NCBI RefSeq assembly: GCF_001194135.2
Contig: NC_068983.1
Coordinates: 116,899,541-116,963,114 of the forward strand
Direction: 5' to 3'
Length of the DNA stretch: 63,574 bases
Source: Octopus bimaculoides
Lineage: Eukaryota
Each line of letters opens with the position of its first letter. Positions within the stretch are counted from its first letter, which is position 1. The notes beneath the pieces were generated by a model, which had not been told where the DNA came from, ran no database searches, and saw nothing but the letters and a program-made list of their open reading frames with translations. This document shows positions 25,490 through 39,542 of the stretch, one piece after another. The translations under genes were made by a program, and so were the position numbers.

Positions 25490-26260
25490 AGGAGCATCGG
25501 GCCGCAACTACGCGATCTTGAGCTATCTCCTTGATTTCAGACCAACAGAGACTGATTGTTTTCGCTTCATCCTCCAAGCATCATTTCCAAGCTTCTGAGT
25601 TCCAGATCAGTTGAAGACTGTTGAAAACATACCAGTTCTTGTCGATCTTGGACCTCACATCTTCTCATATTTCACCCATCTGTAAGATGCTGCTGCTTAG
25701 ATACACAAATGTTTCGGTCTCTGGAAGGGGCTTCGGTGCGAACTTAAATTGGTTCCTGGTGACAGATCTTTTGCCTCAAAACTTCTGTGTTGTTTTGGTT
25801 CAATCGGAGGCTTGTTTTCATTGCCTCTTCAGTTAAATTTGTGACTGTGGTCTGCATCTCTTGGTGGTTATTTGAGAGCAGTCCTATATCATCTGGATAA
25901 CAGTGTCACTTCCTGTCTCATTCATGATCCACTCGATTACTATCTAAAATATCATTGGTGACAGAAAGTAACCTTGCCTTATATCAGTGTGAATTTCGAA
26001 AGGGTCTGTTAGTTTGCCATGGTGGATGAATGGGTAGTAGCACCGTTATAAAATTATTGGATGATGCTAATGATTTTCAGTGGAATACTATAATGCTGCA
26101 TCATATCTACGCTGTCGAAGGAATTCTAGAAATCAACGAAGGCGGTGAAAAGAGGGCTCTGATACTGAATCGGTTGCTCAATGACTATACCCAAGGTAGC
26201 TATATGATCTGTGCAGTTCTAATATGGGCGGAATCCTGTTTGCTCGGGACTTAACTTATC
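25490..26260 (-). mobile_element. RTE-clade LINE RT remnant
   Basis: DDIGLLSNNHQEMQTTVTNLTEEAMKTSLRLNQNNTEVLR and ETFVYLSS..DVRSKIDK resemble RTE RT domains 5-7. Confidence 0.7.
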
Positions 26261-26409
26261 ATTCACCGCTCTCATCAACCTCTCCATTATAACTGTGGCC
26301 TGCACCTTACATAGATAGGTTAGTAAATCTCTTTTTCTGGAGAACTTTCTTTTCAAATAGTAGAACGAAAACGAGCAAAGATTTCGGTGAAATATATATT
26401 CATTGGCAG

Positions 26410-26501
26410 TTCACAATACAGTAGAATGGCCTGTCGCTAACAGCACATTATTCCGAACTCTATTTTCTTGTTTTCTATTTGAAGTTTTCACAGAATTTTA
26501 T
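26410..26501 (+). CDS. Candidate exon (xHNTVEWPVANSTLFRTLFSCFLFEVFTEFY)
   Basis: CATTGGCAG acceptor and TAT|GTAAGG donor, open frame. Confidence 0.2.
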
Positions 26502-26717
26502 GTAAGGTAATACAATATCTTTCCTCATTTTGTTTTCATTAATTGTAATTGTCTTGGATATTTTGCTTAACCCTTCAGCTGCATTGATCACAAGCTTTTG
26601 CAAACATTTATTTTATTTACACATATTGGAATGCTTCAAGAAAATTAACATACTCTTATTTAAATAATATTTTTTTTCTGCTTCTACGAACAGGAAATCG
26701 AATTACAGTGCTCTCTA

Positions 26718-26785
26718 GTCTTCCGTTGATTTCATTTCGGTCTTCCATTGATTTCATTTCGGTCTTCCGCTGATTTCACTTGGGT
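26718..26785. repeat. Three tandem copies of a ~22-23-nt unit GGTCTTCCnTTGATTTCATTTC
   Basis: Direct reading. Confidence 0.85.
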
Positions 26786-27111
26786 ACCTGAAACCACCAG
26801 CAAATTATCTCTGACCGGAAAAATATTTGCAGATGATTCAAAAATCAAGAACATATATATACAAAAGCTTTTGAAATGCAGTAATCAGTCTTCATCTCCC
26901 TAAAATACTGAACTAGACAAAATAACATTGACGTACAAAAATTGCTCAAGAGCACACGTGCGTGAATGGACATACGCAGAAACGTACAGAGACGTACAAA
27001 TACTTAGTCACACACGCACGCATGGAATTCGTATTCTTGATTCTAAAGTCTATAAAATATTAATAGTTTTTCTAAGTACATAAAATATATCAAGAAAACA
27101 TCCATATATAC

Positions 27112-27950
27112 ATACACAAATTGCATTCCAGTTATGAGACTTTTTCACATGAGACATTAATTTCAAAGTACACAACTGTAATTTCCTTCAAAATAGTATC
27201 ATCTAACTTCAATGCACTAGGTGTAGCGCTCCGGCCATTTCAAAAGGAAGATGTCCAAGGTCCTTGTCACAATCTCCTTCATCTTCTCCTTCAGCCTGAA
27301 GAACAACGAAATGTCACAGGAAGTAAGGCCGAGACTGTATGAAGAGTGACAAACAGCTTTGATGCCCACCTCTATCAAGTAGCAGGTTAGCTGGATGTAA
27401 TCGTGGATTGGCGCGTTGTCCTGTTGCAAGGGTCCTGGCCTTTTGCTATTAATTCTTTTCCTGAATTCTCTCAAAACTTTTACAAATGGCTGTCTGTTGA
27501 CCGTCTTCCCAAAGCCAACCCGGTGGATATAGATGATGCTCTTGCAGTCGAAAAAAGGGCATCATTATTAGCTTCCCGGTGGACCTGTTTGCTGGCCTCT
27601 TGTGCCGGTGAAAGACAGATGCTCAGCTCATACAAGTCAATCTACACGCAGTCTGGAGCATTTCATAATTTCTGTAATGTTTTTGCTGTTTCACACAAAA
27701 TTTTCTTGCATAGCGAGACTCCAAGTTGTCCTCACGTCCGACTGCATTCTACAAGCTAGTCAGATGCGACAAGCAGGGTTTAGTAGAGTGTGTTCAATTT
27801 ACTGTCACAACCGTCTCCTTCAATCTGGAAAGAGAAAATTTGGCAGGTCAGCTTATTATATATAGTAATGATGTACTAAAATTACATCAGGTCAGTTATA
27901 AATGCCTCTCCTAAAATAAGTCTCAAAACTTCTAGAATGCACCTTGTATA
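27112..27950 (-). mobile_element. Deleted mariner transposon
   Basis: QQDNAPIH..HSSYSLGLTSCDISLFFRLK (mariner HDNAPAH / YSPDLAPCDF motifs); degenerate TIRs TACAnnnTGCATTC..TGAGACTT at both ends. Confidence 0.75.
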
Positions 27951-27987
27951 TAAGATACACGCATGTATATATGTAGGGACGGACACG

Positions 27988-28060
<73 letters not shown>

Positions 28061-28326
28061 NNNNNNNNNNNNNNNNNNNNNNNNNNNNNNNNNNNNNNNN
28101 NNNNNNNNNNNNNNNNNNNNNNNNNNNNNNNNNNNNNNNNNNNNNNNNNNNNNNNNNNNNNNNNNNNNNNNNNNNNNNNNNNNNNNNNNNNNNNNNNNNN
28201 NNNNNNNNNNNNNNNNNNNNNNNNNNNNNNNNNNNNNNNNNNNNNNNNNNNNNNNNNNNNNNNNNNNNNNNNNNNNNNNNNNNNNNNNNNNNNNNNNNNN
28301 NNNNNNNNNNNNNNNNNNNNNNNNNA

Positions 28327-28701
28327 TATATCGGTGGCGTGGCACTCTGTCAGTTACGACGAGGAGGATTCCAGTTCATCCGATCAACGGAACAGCCTGC
28401 TCGTGAAATTAACGCTGAGCACCCCACAGACACGTGTAACCTTAACGTAGTTCTCGGGGAGATTCAGCGTGACATAGTGTGTGATAAGCCTGGCCTTTTG
28501 AAATACAGGTACAACAGAAACAGGAAGAAAGAATGAGAGACAGTTGTGGTGAAAGAGTACAGCAGGGTTCGCCACCACTCCCTGCTGGAGCCTCGTGGAG
28601 CTTTTGGTGTTTTCGCTCGATAAACACTCAAACGCCCGGTCTGGGAATCGAAACAGCGATCCCATGACTGCGAGTCCGCTGCTCTAACCATTGCGCCTCC
28701 A
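28327..28701 (-). mobile_element. tRNA-derived SINE, family C
   Basis: Reverse complement of copies at 35326 and 59829 (head TGGAGGCGCAATGG..GGACTCGC..TTCGATTCCCAGACC). Confidence 0.85.
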
Positions 28702-28994
28702 TATATAAATAAGAGGAAAGGCCACTTGCTTCCATTCATTTGTCTTGCTTGCAAACATCTCGCGTCATGCTATTTTGAGAGCATATCTTTCCTGGTAAGA
28801 CAATTTGGTGTCTCTTCCCAGCATCTTAGGAAATAGACACCATATAGGTTTGGCAACTAAGTTCCCGCTGTTTTTTTTAATTTTGGAATCCATGTTTTTC
28901 GAGAATTCTATTTTTGAATCATTTTGAAATCTATTTTGTTTTCTTTTTTTCTAATTAATTTTAGTTAATTTTTGTTTATTTTCAGATCATTAAA

Positions 28995-29117
28995 ATGGAA
29001 TGTCAAGTTAAGAAAAACGAGCATTTTCGACACCTCCTTCTTTTTGCTTTTAATCAAGGTCCTAAGGCCGCAAAAGCTTCTCGCGACATTTGTGCTGTGT
29101 ATGCCATAGCTGAGAAT
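28995..29117 (+). mobile_element. Mariner transposase N-terminal fragment
   Basis: MECQVKKNEHFRHLLLFAFNQGPKAAKASRDICAVY resembles the mariner HTH start. Confidence 0.7.
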
Positions 29118-30895
29118 TGCTAAGAAGTTTTACAGTTTTGGATGCGAATGTAAAACACGAGATTTCATCATTAGTGCTTCCCACATACAATCACGTCTCG
29201 CTTGAACCATGTTTAAAAGTATGTATCACGTAACCATCACTATCCACATTTCGATGCTGGTGAAACAATTTTGGTTTTCTGTTGTCATGTAAGAATATCC
29301 TTAAGTAAAAGCGTATTGTTTCTGAAATGGGGCTTTAGGAAAGAAATTGACTCCAAACGAATGAAATGCTAGTTGCTCTTGGTGGGATTTGAATTCAGGG
29401 CATAAAGAGCCAAAGCAATTTCCACAAAGCAATCAATCTGATGTTCTCTGCTAAACTAGGTCATCATAAACATATTGTAAGATTGTCTTTCAAACACTTA
29501 TAAGATTATTCTACAATTAAGTAGATCCGCACATCAAAATCAACCAACTATAATACTCGTTCACTAGGAATGATGCGCTTTTGAATATGTATGCGTGTGT
29601 GTGTACTTGTGTGTGTGTGTGTGTGTATGTGTGTGTACTTGTGTGTGTGCGTGCGCGTATGCATGCTTCCGCACACAGACAGACACATACACATATAACG
29701 GTTTTTCCCATTATTTCCTGTTTATTGAAGGAAAATAATGTCAAGAAATGCTATTGCTTATTCAGATGAGAAATTAAACTATCAATATAATCTAGTAAAG
29801 GTCTAACAATTTGACATTTGATTCAAGTTCTAAGCAAAATAAATAATAAAAAAAGTGTTTGCGGTAATGTGTATGGCTATTATATATTCTGCTTTCGGTG
29901 ACTTTAGAAGCTGCATTTCACATAATATCATTATACATGAGACTAAATGTAATATGATTTAAGTAGTATTTAGTAATTCTCTTTATGTTTATGTCCAGTG
30001 GTATTTCAGAGTGAAATAGTAAACTATGAAGAGAATATGTTAGGCATTGATATGTAGTATAATATTCTTGTCTAATATTATGATAGCATTGTGTCATTAT
30101 TTATATGGTAGGAATACAATTCAGTTGTCCACACTATATTCATGACACTACTGCAGTGATTTGGGGAATATAAAACAAAATATATGCTCTATTAATATTT
30201 TATGTCCGATACGAGGGAAGTGATATATGTCAAATATATCGTGTACATGGTTCAGAATATTTGACGCTTTATACTCTTAATCAATTATGGTCGTAATTTA
30301 CAGAGGTTTAAGATGCTTTTTGTCACTGCGATATTTTAAATGTATTATAATTAATATCACACTGGTAAATCAGTACTAAGATTGTTTTCTTTCTATATAA
30401 CGTTATATATAAGTGGAAAAATCTATACGAGACATGTGGTTATTACTGATATTTTGTTTCTCAACACTAGTCGAGTGATTGGCGCAAAGTCGCAGAGATT
30501 AATTACAGTTGCGTTGTACACCCTTAAAACAATGCCCAGCACCCGTTATTAGTGCGCATTCTGATAGATGTCTAAGTTAGTAGAAAATTAGACAGCTCTT
30601 ACGAAGAACTGGAACGAAGTAAAATAAATAAAGGCACTCAGACTTAGAACATCTATTTTACAGGAACTCCGTAAATATAGTAGAATCAAAATTGTTTCGA
30701 AAAACTAAGCATCCTCTTTAGAGCCCGAAAGGCTACTGTTCCAAAGTTTCATAGCCTTAATGTAAAGTGCAAGACCTTCTATTGGATGATACACCCATAT
30801 CTTAGACTTTCATTATATTATAAATACCACTACCGGTCTACGAATGCTTGCAAATGAAGATTACATATAAACTCGCTCATACATACAAATATGTA

Positions 30896-30943
<48 letters not shown>

Positions 30944-31153
30944 CATATATAATATATATGTGCATATATATATATACACATACACACACACACACACATT
31001 TTCTATATTAACATATATATTTTTTGTATTTCACGTATTTTAATATGCTTTGTATATTGATCTAACTTGCTTATCCCTACATTTACTTATATACATATAT
31101 GTTTATACATACATACATACATATATATATGTGTTTAGGTATATATATAAATA

Positions 31154-31223
<70 letters not shown>

Positions 31224-31559
31224 GAAAGTAAAAATATATATATTCCAGATGCTTGGTCTTCCTCTTTTGAAAAGCCGCTCGAACTTATAAAAGGAGCGAT
31301 ATGCACACAGGCGAATAAATAAGTGCAGAACAAGGCAAAAGAAAATAATAGTACTCGAATACCAAAGGTAGTGCAATATACTTTTTATTAAAGTTGCATA
31401 ATTATCATAGAACTGTTACTCAGAGTTCCACGTTCACATTCCTGTTCGTCGGACAGTTGTGATGAATACTGAATTAAAATCACGATTGGTTTTCAATTAT
31501 ATACATGTGTGTGTGTGTGTGCGTAGATGTGAGTATGCATGTGTGTATTGCGTGTGCGT

Positions 31560-31800
31560 TTGTGTTCCTGTGTGTGTGTTGTGTGTCTTTGTCTTTGTGT
31601 TTGTCGTTCACTACAACTTGACAATCGGTGTTGTTGAGTTTATGTCCCCGTAACTTTAGCTGTTCGGTAAAAGAATTGAATAACATCAGACGTAAAAAAA
31701 ATAAGTACTGGGTTAGATTCATTCGGCTAAAAATTCTCCAAGGCGGTACCCCAGTATGGCCGCAGTCTAATGACTGAAACAAACAAAAGATAAAGGATAT
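31560..31800 (+). mobile_element. SINE family B, 3' half
   Basis: TTTATGTCCCCGTAACTTTAGC..GGCGGTACCCCAGTATGGCCGCAGTC tail. Confidence 0.75.
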
Positions 31801-32629
31801 AAGCTATATGCATTTATGAGTTGTAAGTTTGTCAGGTGGTAGTTAATTCATTGTGTTCTTCCCACATCAAAAGGGTTGCCACTTCTATTCTAGTTTTGCG
31901 CATTTCTTTTATATATGGTGTATTGTTCTGCTGCAGATTCGTCCATTTTTTTTCTCGTCTGTTTTATGTCTCATACATTCATCTTTCCCTTTTCTAACAA
32001 ATATATTCTCTGTTAATAGTACATCTCCCACAGCATACTAATGTAAATTTAACTATGATGTTTCTCGTCTCTTCTTCCTTTCTCTCCCTATACCTCTTCA
32101 TCTCTGTTTTTTTTCCTATCCTCTTTCTTCCATCCTTCCTTCCCTTCATTCGTTCATTCATTCATTCATTCGTTCTTTCTTTCGTTCTTTCGTTCTCTCT
32201 TTCTTTTAATATATTTTCCTCCTCAGTCGTACATTTCTCATAATTTTCTCAGTTTCCTTTTGTTTTTCCATTTCTTTTTCTCTTCTGATATCTTTATTTG
32301 TTTCGGCTCAGCCACTTTGCTTTTATTGTTTTTAGTTTACGCTTTCGCCATTGTAAATCATATATATTAATTGGAATATTATTTTTTGTACGTTTTGTTC
32401 TGACGAAATATTTGTAACTGCTTTAACCAGGAAGAATTTTGCAAAATTAATTGCGACATATCCTTTTATGTAAACAGTGATTAGTCAATATTCAGTTATA
32501 CATCTGAGAGAGAAAGAGATAGAGTAAAAAGCAATGCGTGAAAAGTGGAACGGGAAGTTGAAGAGATTAAAAGAAACTGAAGTAAAAAAGTTTTTTCTGC
32601 ATCTCTTCTCAACTGCTTCTACCTCTTTC

Positions 32630-32643
32630 CTTTACTACTACTT

Positions 32644-32713
<70 letters not shown>
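32630..32713. repeat. (TAC)n microsatellite
   Basis: Direct reading. Confidence 0.95.
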
Positions 32714-32775
32714 ATTAAAACTGTTAGTGTCTTTTCTATTTCATTCTTAACTCATTTTTGTGTCATTTCATAAAG

Positions 32776-32992
32776 GGTGCCGGACTTATTTTTGTTGTAA
32801 TAGCTTATCTCGGAAAGCATCTGGACACCTGTGCTACATGTGATAAAATTGATTGCGAAATGTCGACGTTGTTCCAAGAGAAGCGAATAAATATTCGCAT
32901 TTTTTATATAACTGGATTAGAGTTAAATAAATCCGATACTCTAGACACTTTGATGTATCAGACAGAAAAAAATATATTCACAAAAGCTATGA
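32776..32992 (+). CDS. Candidate exon (GAGLIFVVIAYLGKHLDTCATCDKIDCEMSTLFQEKRINIRIFYITGLELNKSDTLDTLMYQTEKNIFTKAM)
   Basis: Pyrimidine tract plus AG at 32774-32775, 72 open codons, donor GA|GTATGT; antisense frame is also partly protein-like. Confidence 0.25.
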
Positions 32993-33244
32993 GTATGTAT
33001 ATTACTGTTGTCATTATTCTTCTCCAAATCAGCCTCCATTGAATAGATCTATAAACAAAGATTTTCGATTGAGGAGCTCACGGTCGATCTTTCAAATTGA
33101 ATTTACTGCGGCTTACCTAATAAATTGCCGTGTTATTAAGACAGGTGAGTGTTATTAGAAGACATTTTTGATATTATTTCTCGTATATCGCTTACAAGGC
33201 CAAGTGCTGGCTCGAAAGCACAGGAGTTAATATCATGCATGGTT

Positions 33245-33450
33245 TTAAGGCGGCGTGGAGCAGAATTGTTTGAATAGCGGACAAAATGTTTAACAGCACT
33301 TCGTTCGATTTTACGTTCTGAGTTGAAATTCCCCCGCGGTCGAATTTGCCTTTCATCAATTTAGGATCGATAAAATAAGTATCAGTTAAGCACTGGGGTC
33401 GATGTAATCCACCTCCTCGGAATTGCTGGCCTTGTGCCAAAAGTTGAAAG
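33245..33450 (+). mobile_element. SINE family A
   Basis: TTCTGAGTTGAAATTCCCCCGCGGTCGAATTTGCCTTTCATC..GATAAAATAAGTATCAG. Confidence 0.8.
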
Positions 33451-35325
33451 CACATCATGAATCGTTTTGGTCTCATCGTGTTACGGTCGGAGTAGATCGC
33501 TGAATTGAAACGATTGTTTCCTTTGAAACTTCTCGATTTATAAAACACCTCTGACATATTTTATGAGTTTCTAATTTATTTTAGCTCAGTTCAAATAGGT
33601 CAGCTGTAAGTACTGACCTGTGCACACATACCTATGTTGTGGTAATACAAATATAGTAGACGTGCTCTCTTTCACGCTAACATTTCATCTGATTTCTCTT
33701 TCATCTTTAATGATTAATAAGGTTAAGCAACAGTACGTGCTTATCGATTGGGTTGTTTGAATTGTTAGAACCAATATAATGTTCTATATTCGCATATGTT
33801 CAACATTACAGAGATGAATGCTTATTTCTTCGCTTGGTTCACATTAGAATAATAATATAAATATATGTTTAATATCAGTGTTTATTATCAACAACAATTT
33901 CTTTCTTTACAGTAGTAGTTGAACATATTGTGGCTATATTGCTAATTCTTTGAGATTACTCCTGTAAAAATTATTTGATGCAGATGAACAAAAACAAAAA
34001 TTAAAAATAACAGACTTCAACTTGTAATTCATAATCATTATAATATGAAAATATTTCTATAAATATCTACTTACTATACATCCAGTGATTATGACAAATT
34101 TTATTTATTTTATATTGTTCTGAGACAGGAAAAACCGAGCAGGAAATCATTATTCTTCCCCTTAATTATGTTGTCAAAAGCCTTAACTATACAGACTTCA
34201 TTTTATTAGAGTGAAGAACTGTAGTTGTGAAGAATTTATGTATTTCCTAAATGAGTGAACTGCGTGATGAACTACAAATTATACTTTACAACCACAAAAT
34301 GCCTAACCAAATACGTATAAACATATGAAATACAAAATTGACGAAAGATTTCAATTTTTGTAAATGTCTTCAATTAAATAATCTCATCTGTATATAAATT
34401 TCGGAGCAAATTTCGTTAGAAATCCATCATGCTTTTAATGAAAGACGAAGAGTGTCACTGGGTGTAGTGATAAGCGAAAACAGTGATTGGATGCTGTTAG
34501 TAAAAAGGAGAAGAACAAATATCCGGGAATAACTACAATAATTTATAATCACAGAAACTCACACACATGTACGTATGAATTCTAAAATTTGTTGGTTGAA
34601 TGAGATGGAGATGATGGTCGCATTGGCAGGAAAGCAGCAACAGCAAACTGCATAAAACAAAGAGAAGAGGAAAAGGAATGTGTCAGCAGAGATGGAGTGG
34701 TAAAAGTGGAAGAGAGGAGAAAAAGTACAATATTAATATTTTATTTCGTAATAAATACAAGCAAACAAACGTGTACATGGTATTCCAAAGTTTATGAAGA
34801 TTTCATAGAATTTTAGAAAAGAGACTACCGCATTGAAACACGCTTATTCTGCTTATAGACGAAAGATGTGTCGAGAAAATAAGAAACTTATATATTTGCC
34901 TGATATACATATATACTAACACACACATATACATACTAACACGCATAATATGTATATATGTGCGTATGTGAGTCGGTGTCTGTTTGATGTACTATAATAA
35001 TTGTATTAGAAGTGGTAGGAAGACAAGGGAGTATGCCTAGTCAGGGTGAAATTTAGAAGTGTATACTTTAAAAAATCCCAAATGACTTGACGCTTATCTT
35101 AGGCGAAATAACTTCCGTCTTCGAATAAAGAAAAATATTGAATGTGGATATTAATATTCATAAATTTCAACATCACAGAAGTTATTCACATATCAATTAT
35201 CCCGATTAACTTTAACAAAGGAATTCTTCTCCGTTGTATGTTCAGGGGTACTAATTCTTTAGGTAATTTTAATAAATCAATATTTCTTAAAAAATCTACA
35301 ATATCCCTTGTATTGTATTGACGTG

Positions 35326-35664
35326 TGGAGGTGCAATGGCTCAGTGGTTAGGGCAGCGGATTCGCGATCATAGGATCACGGTTTCGATTCCCAGACCGGG
35401 CGTTGTGTGTGTTTATTGAGCGAAAACGCCAAAAGCTCCACGAGGCTCCAGCAGGGGATGATGGCGAACCCTGCTGTACTCTTTCACCACAACTTTCTCT
35501 CACTCTTACTTCCTGTTTCTGTTGTGCCTGTAATTCAAAGAGTCAGCCTTGTCACACTGTGTCACGCTGAATATCTCCGAGAACTACGTTAAGGGTACAC
35601 GTGTCTGTGGAGTGCTCAGCCACTTGCACGTTAATTTCACGAGCAAGCTGTTCCGTTGATCGGA
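35326..35664 (+). mobile_element. SINE family C (3' end in gap)
   Basis: Intact A-box TGGCTCAGTGG and B-box GTTTCGATTCC head. Confidence 0.85.
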
Positions 35665-36334
35665 NNNNNNNNNNNNNNNNNNNNNNNNNNNNNNNNNNNN
35701 NNNNNNNNNNNNNNNNNNNNNNNNNNNNNNNNNNNNNNNNNNNNNNNNNNNNNNNNNNNNNNNNNNNNNNNNNNNNNNNNNNNNNNNNNNNNNNNNNNNN
35801 NNNNNNNNNNNNNNNNNNNNNNNNNNNNNNNNNNNNNNNNNNNNNNNNNNNNNNNNNNNNNNNNNNNNNNNNNNNNNNNNNNNNNNNNNNNNNNNNNNNN
35901 NNNNNNNNNNNNNNNNNNNNNNNNNNNNNNNNNNNNNNNNNNNNNNNNNNNNNNNNNNNNNNNNNNNNNNNNNNNNNNNNNNNNNNNNNNNNNNNNNNNN
36001 NNNNNNNNNNNNNNNNNNNNNNNNNNNNNNNNNNNNNNNNNNNNNNNNNNNNNNNNNNNNNNNNNNNNNNNNNNNNNNNNNNNNNNNNNNNNNNNNNNNN
36101 NNNNNNNNNNNNNNNNNNNNNNNNNNNNNNNNNNNNNNNNNNNNNNNNNNNNNNNNNNNNNNNNNNNNNNNNNNNNNNNNNNNNNNNNNNNNNNNNNNNN
36201 NNNNNNNNNNNNNNNNNNNNNNNNNNNNNNNNNNNNNNNNNNNNNNNNNNNNNNNNNNTATATATATATATATATATGTACACACACAGAGAAATGTATG
36301 TGTGAACGTGCACATGCATGTGTATGTGTGTGTA

Positions 36335-36372
<38 letters not shown>

Positions 36373-37789
36373 AAAGAAATCTATGTTTCTCATTTCTCAA
36401 ACAAACGATCAAGCAAGATTTAATGGTTAATAAAACAAGGTTTAACGACTTCAGGATTAGCGCATTATTTATTCAATAAATTTCATTATAAACGAAATAA
36501 CTGACATTCTTTCCGCCTTTACAATTTTCAGTATCCATTATGCGAAAGGTTTTATAAGCCTCTGCTCATTAAAATGCTTTTGAAATTACTGTCTCGTTCG
36601 TACATACATACGTCCATACATACATACATACATACATACATACATTCCAATATATATATATATAATAATACAAAAATATATATGCATGTATACACACATA
36701 TATGTATATACTTTCATCTACATGTGTATATAGATGCATATCAGGGTAGAGGACGTTAGAACAATGAACTACAGACAACGGAACGAACACATAGGAAAAC
36801 AGAAATTATTCATCTGCTGCCTCTATTCTAACTCGACGTTTCGAAGATAATATATATATATATATGTATATATCGATACGCACATAAATATTTGTGTGGG
36901 TGTATATGTGTGTATAAATGTATTTTGATATGTACATGTACACCCATTCGTCCTTTGGGCTTTTAATGTTGTAATTTGCCTATAGTCATTAATAGTTTTT
37001 ACCGATCTTTTCTTTCGTAGATACGAAATATTTCTCAGCTTTCTTTATATCATCGACTATTTCCCTGCTATTAAAATCATTAATGCATATTTCCGTAATC
37101 ATGGAAATAGATGCTTTTGATTAATTATGCAAATTACATTATTAACTAAATTAATTATATTTCTGATTAATATGTCATTGCCATACATCCTGCATATGTC
37201 ATTTTAAATGAATTTGAACCTGCCTCAAAAAAATGGAAAGGATAATTGAAGAGCTATCTTAAATGAATTATAAGATGAATGAAAGAAAAATTAACATGAT
37301 TTTTTAATATATTTCAATTATCATGTAATAAGTCATTTGGCTTTTGAGACAAGGTTATGAAAACATTTAACTGCCTCATTGAAAACTTAGCAAAAGTCAT
37401 CAAATTCGTATATAATAAATATCATTATCTATAAAATGAATTTCAGTTGCTATGCATACTTCACCTTCGTTTACAAGTTGCTGGCACACACGCATAGATA
37501 GTTATAGTTTAATTTCTCTGTCAGTTGTAATAATGCAAGAAAATAAATAAATAAAAAATAAAACAACTACGAAACAAATTGGTTTCGATATTTTTACATG
37601 GTGTTTAGAAAATATATATGAAATATTCCTAAATATATATCACTAAATAAAATGCCTTAAGAATTTTATAAAATAAAATATACCAATAGAACATTTATAA
37701 TTCATATAATTTTATATCCACTTGTATTTAGTGTTCTCTCTCTAAATTCTAATATTTCTTGTCTATATTTCTAAATTCAATATCGTCAT

Positions 37790-38520
37790 TTAATTCTGCA
37801 CCTACCACTTTGATACCGATACTAATTATCCTATTTATTAATAATTCATGAAGAATTGCAAATGTTTTAACGCTTCTTACGTAGTTATACTGACGAGATG
37901 CTAATACTGGATGCCAATAAATATAATCTTGCGATATTTCACTCAATATCGAAGAAAATTCACGACTAAAGTCTATCGAATTAAATGTGAAACCACCATT
38001 AATTTTCTTACTTTGAATATTGATCATTCGTAGCGATTGACTCACCAAAGAGTTGTATTAAACAAGGCTAATGGCATTATGGTTAATCTTCCTTTATATA
38101 ATAGCCATACGTCTAGCTGCATATCTGTCTTCTTCTACATCTCTGTATTCATATATTCATTTTTGTAATATCCATGTATGGTTCCTGACATCAAAAGAAC
38201 ATCGTTATGATATTCTTGTAGAAAAGTGTCTGGAGACTACACATTATCCCTTTACTAATCAACTTATCGTTCGTTCAACCGGAATTCTAGTTGTAACCAC
38301 TCAATCTTCCTCTCTTTCATTATGCAAACTTGCATATATTCTGCATTAAATTATCCCACCAATTCGTGCACTTCGACTGAGCACAATAAAATTTAGAGGA
38401 AATGTGACTATAAATTCCAGAAGATGGGACTATCGTGGATTGCGTAGCACAGGTCTACTCGATCAGAGATTTGTTGGAGTTACAAAACGATAACAAACAC
38501 TACCTAAAAATATGAGCAGA
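37790..38520 (+). mobile_element. Highly decayed Penelope-like element (RT + GIY-YIG remnant)
   Basis: TLIPILIILFINNS ~ GSPLSPxLANLFM; ETTINFLTLNI..LYNSHT ~ FLDxxI..YxSxH; DQRFVGVTKR ~ YIGETKR; many stops. Confidence 0.45.
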
Positions 38521-39304
38521 TTACGGCTTCAGCACAATAATCAATTTTTCTCTTATTTCGTTTTTTTAAATATTGTCAATGTTTAATTAAACTAGTAACT
38601 TATACAAAACGAGTTGTTTATAAGAACAACTGTCACACCCCATTGATTAGTTATTTTAATACAGTTTTGAAGAAGTGCATTGCGATTTGGGAAAAATTAA
38701 TGTTTTAATTTTATTTACATTTTCATTTTCACGTTAGTTTTCTTTATTCTTTAATGCAACAATTCTCTAAAATGTGCAGAGTAATATTTAAGAAAATAAA
38801 TGTAATTTATTGTGTTGTATCCAAAGAATGTTTATTTAGTAAATGTGATTTGTCAACAGACAGCAACTTTAAGTAGATTTCTCTTTAAAAATTTTCAAGA
38901 AATGGATAATTATTAATTAAAAGAATCCCTTCTTGAGAAGTAGTTAACATGACCTTTGAAGTCATCAAAAATTTCCAAACAAAAGATAGTTCAAAATATT
39001 GTCACTAAAAGAGAGATGCCGAATATCGCAGGTTGAAATATTTTCATCTCACAAAGTTCTGTCATGCTTTGTATTAATTTGTATTAAAATCGATCAAATC
39101 AAACATGATCTATCCTAGAATGTTGAAGTTAACAAGCGATTACATGTTTACAGAAACAACGCTTAGTTTTAACTATAAATGCAATATGCTATGCACAAGC
39201 CAATGTCTTACAGAAATTCAGCAGTTATTTTCAATTTCGTAACAAAATTTCTCATCTGTAATTCCCCTCTCACACAACTGATATTGTTATACCATATTCC
39301 TCTG

Positions 39305-39334
<30 letters not shown>

Positions 39335-39345
<11 letters not shown>

Positions 39346-39542
39346 CTTTGACTACCCACAATGGGCTATACACAGAGGGGACAAACAAGGACAGACAAAC
39401 GGATTAAGTCGATTATACCGACCCCAATGCGTAACTGGTACTTATTTAATCGACCCCGAAAGGATGAAAGGCAAAGTCGACCTCGGCGGAATTTGAACTC
39501 AGAACGTAGCGGCAGACGAAATACCGCTAAGCATTTCGCCCG
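39335..39542 (-). mobile_element. SINE family A
   Basis: Near-consensus GGTACTTATTTAATCGACCCCGAAAGGATGAAAGGCAAAGTCGACCTCGGCGG. Confidence 0.9.

Noticed and set aside
26718-26785. Short direct repeats resembling a CRISPR array (also 42290-42530)
   Set aside because: No unique spacers, eukaryotic context, no cas genes; simple minisatellites
35326-35400. tRNA-like heads here and at 8838, 11490, 28630-28701 and 59829
   Set aside because: They continue into SINE bodies and have no complete cloverleaf; not tRNA genes
36760-36850. CGAAACGTCG (minus strand), reminiscent of Penelope-associated hammerhead ribozymes; CTGATGA at ~47350
   Set aside because: The CUGANGA core and closing stems could not be found together; truncated by microsatellite
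37749-38349. 99-aa minus ORF and 92-aa plus ORF
   Set aside because: Better explained as antisense or frame-shifted readings of a decayed Penelope RT
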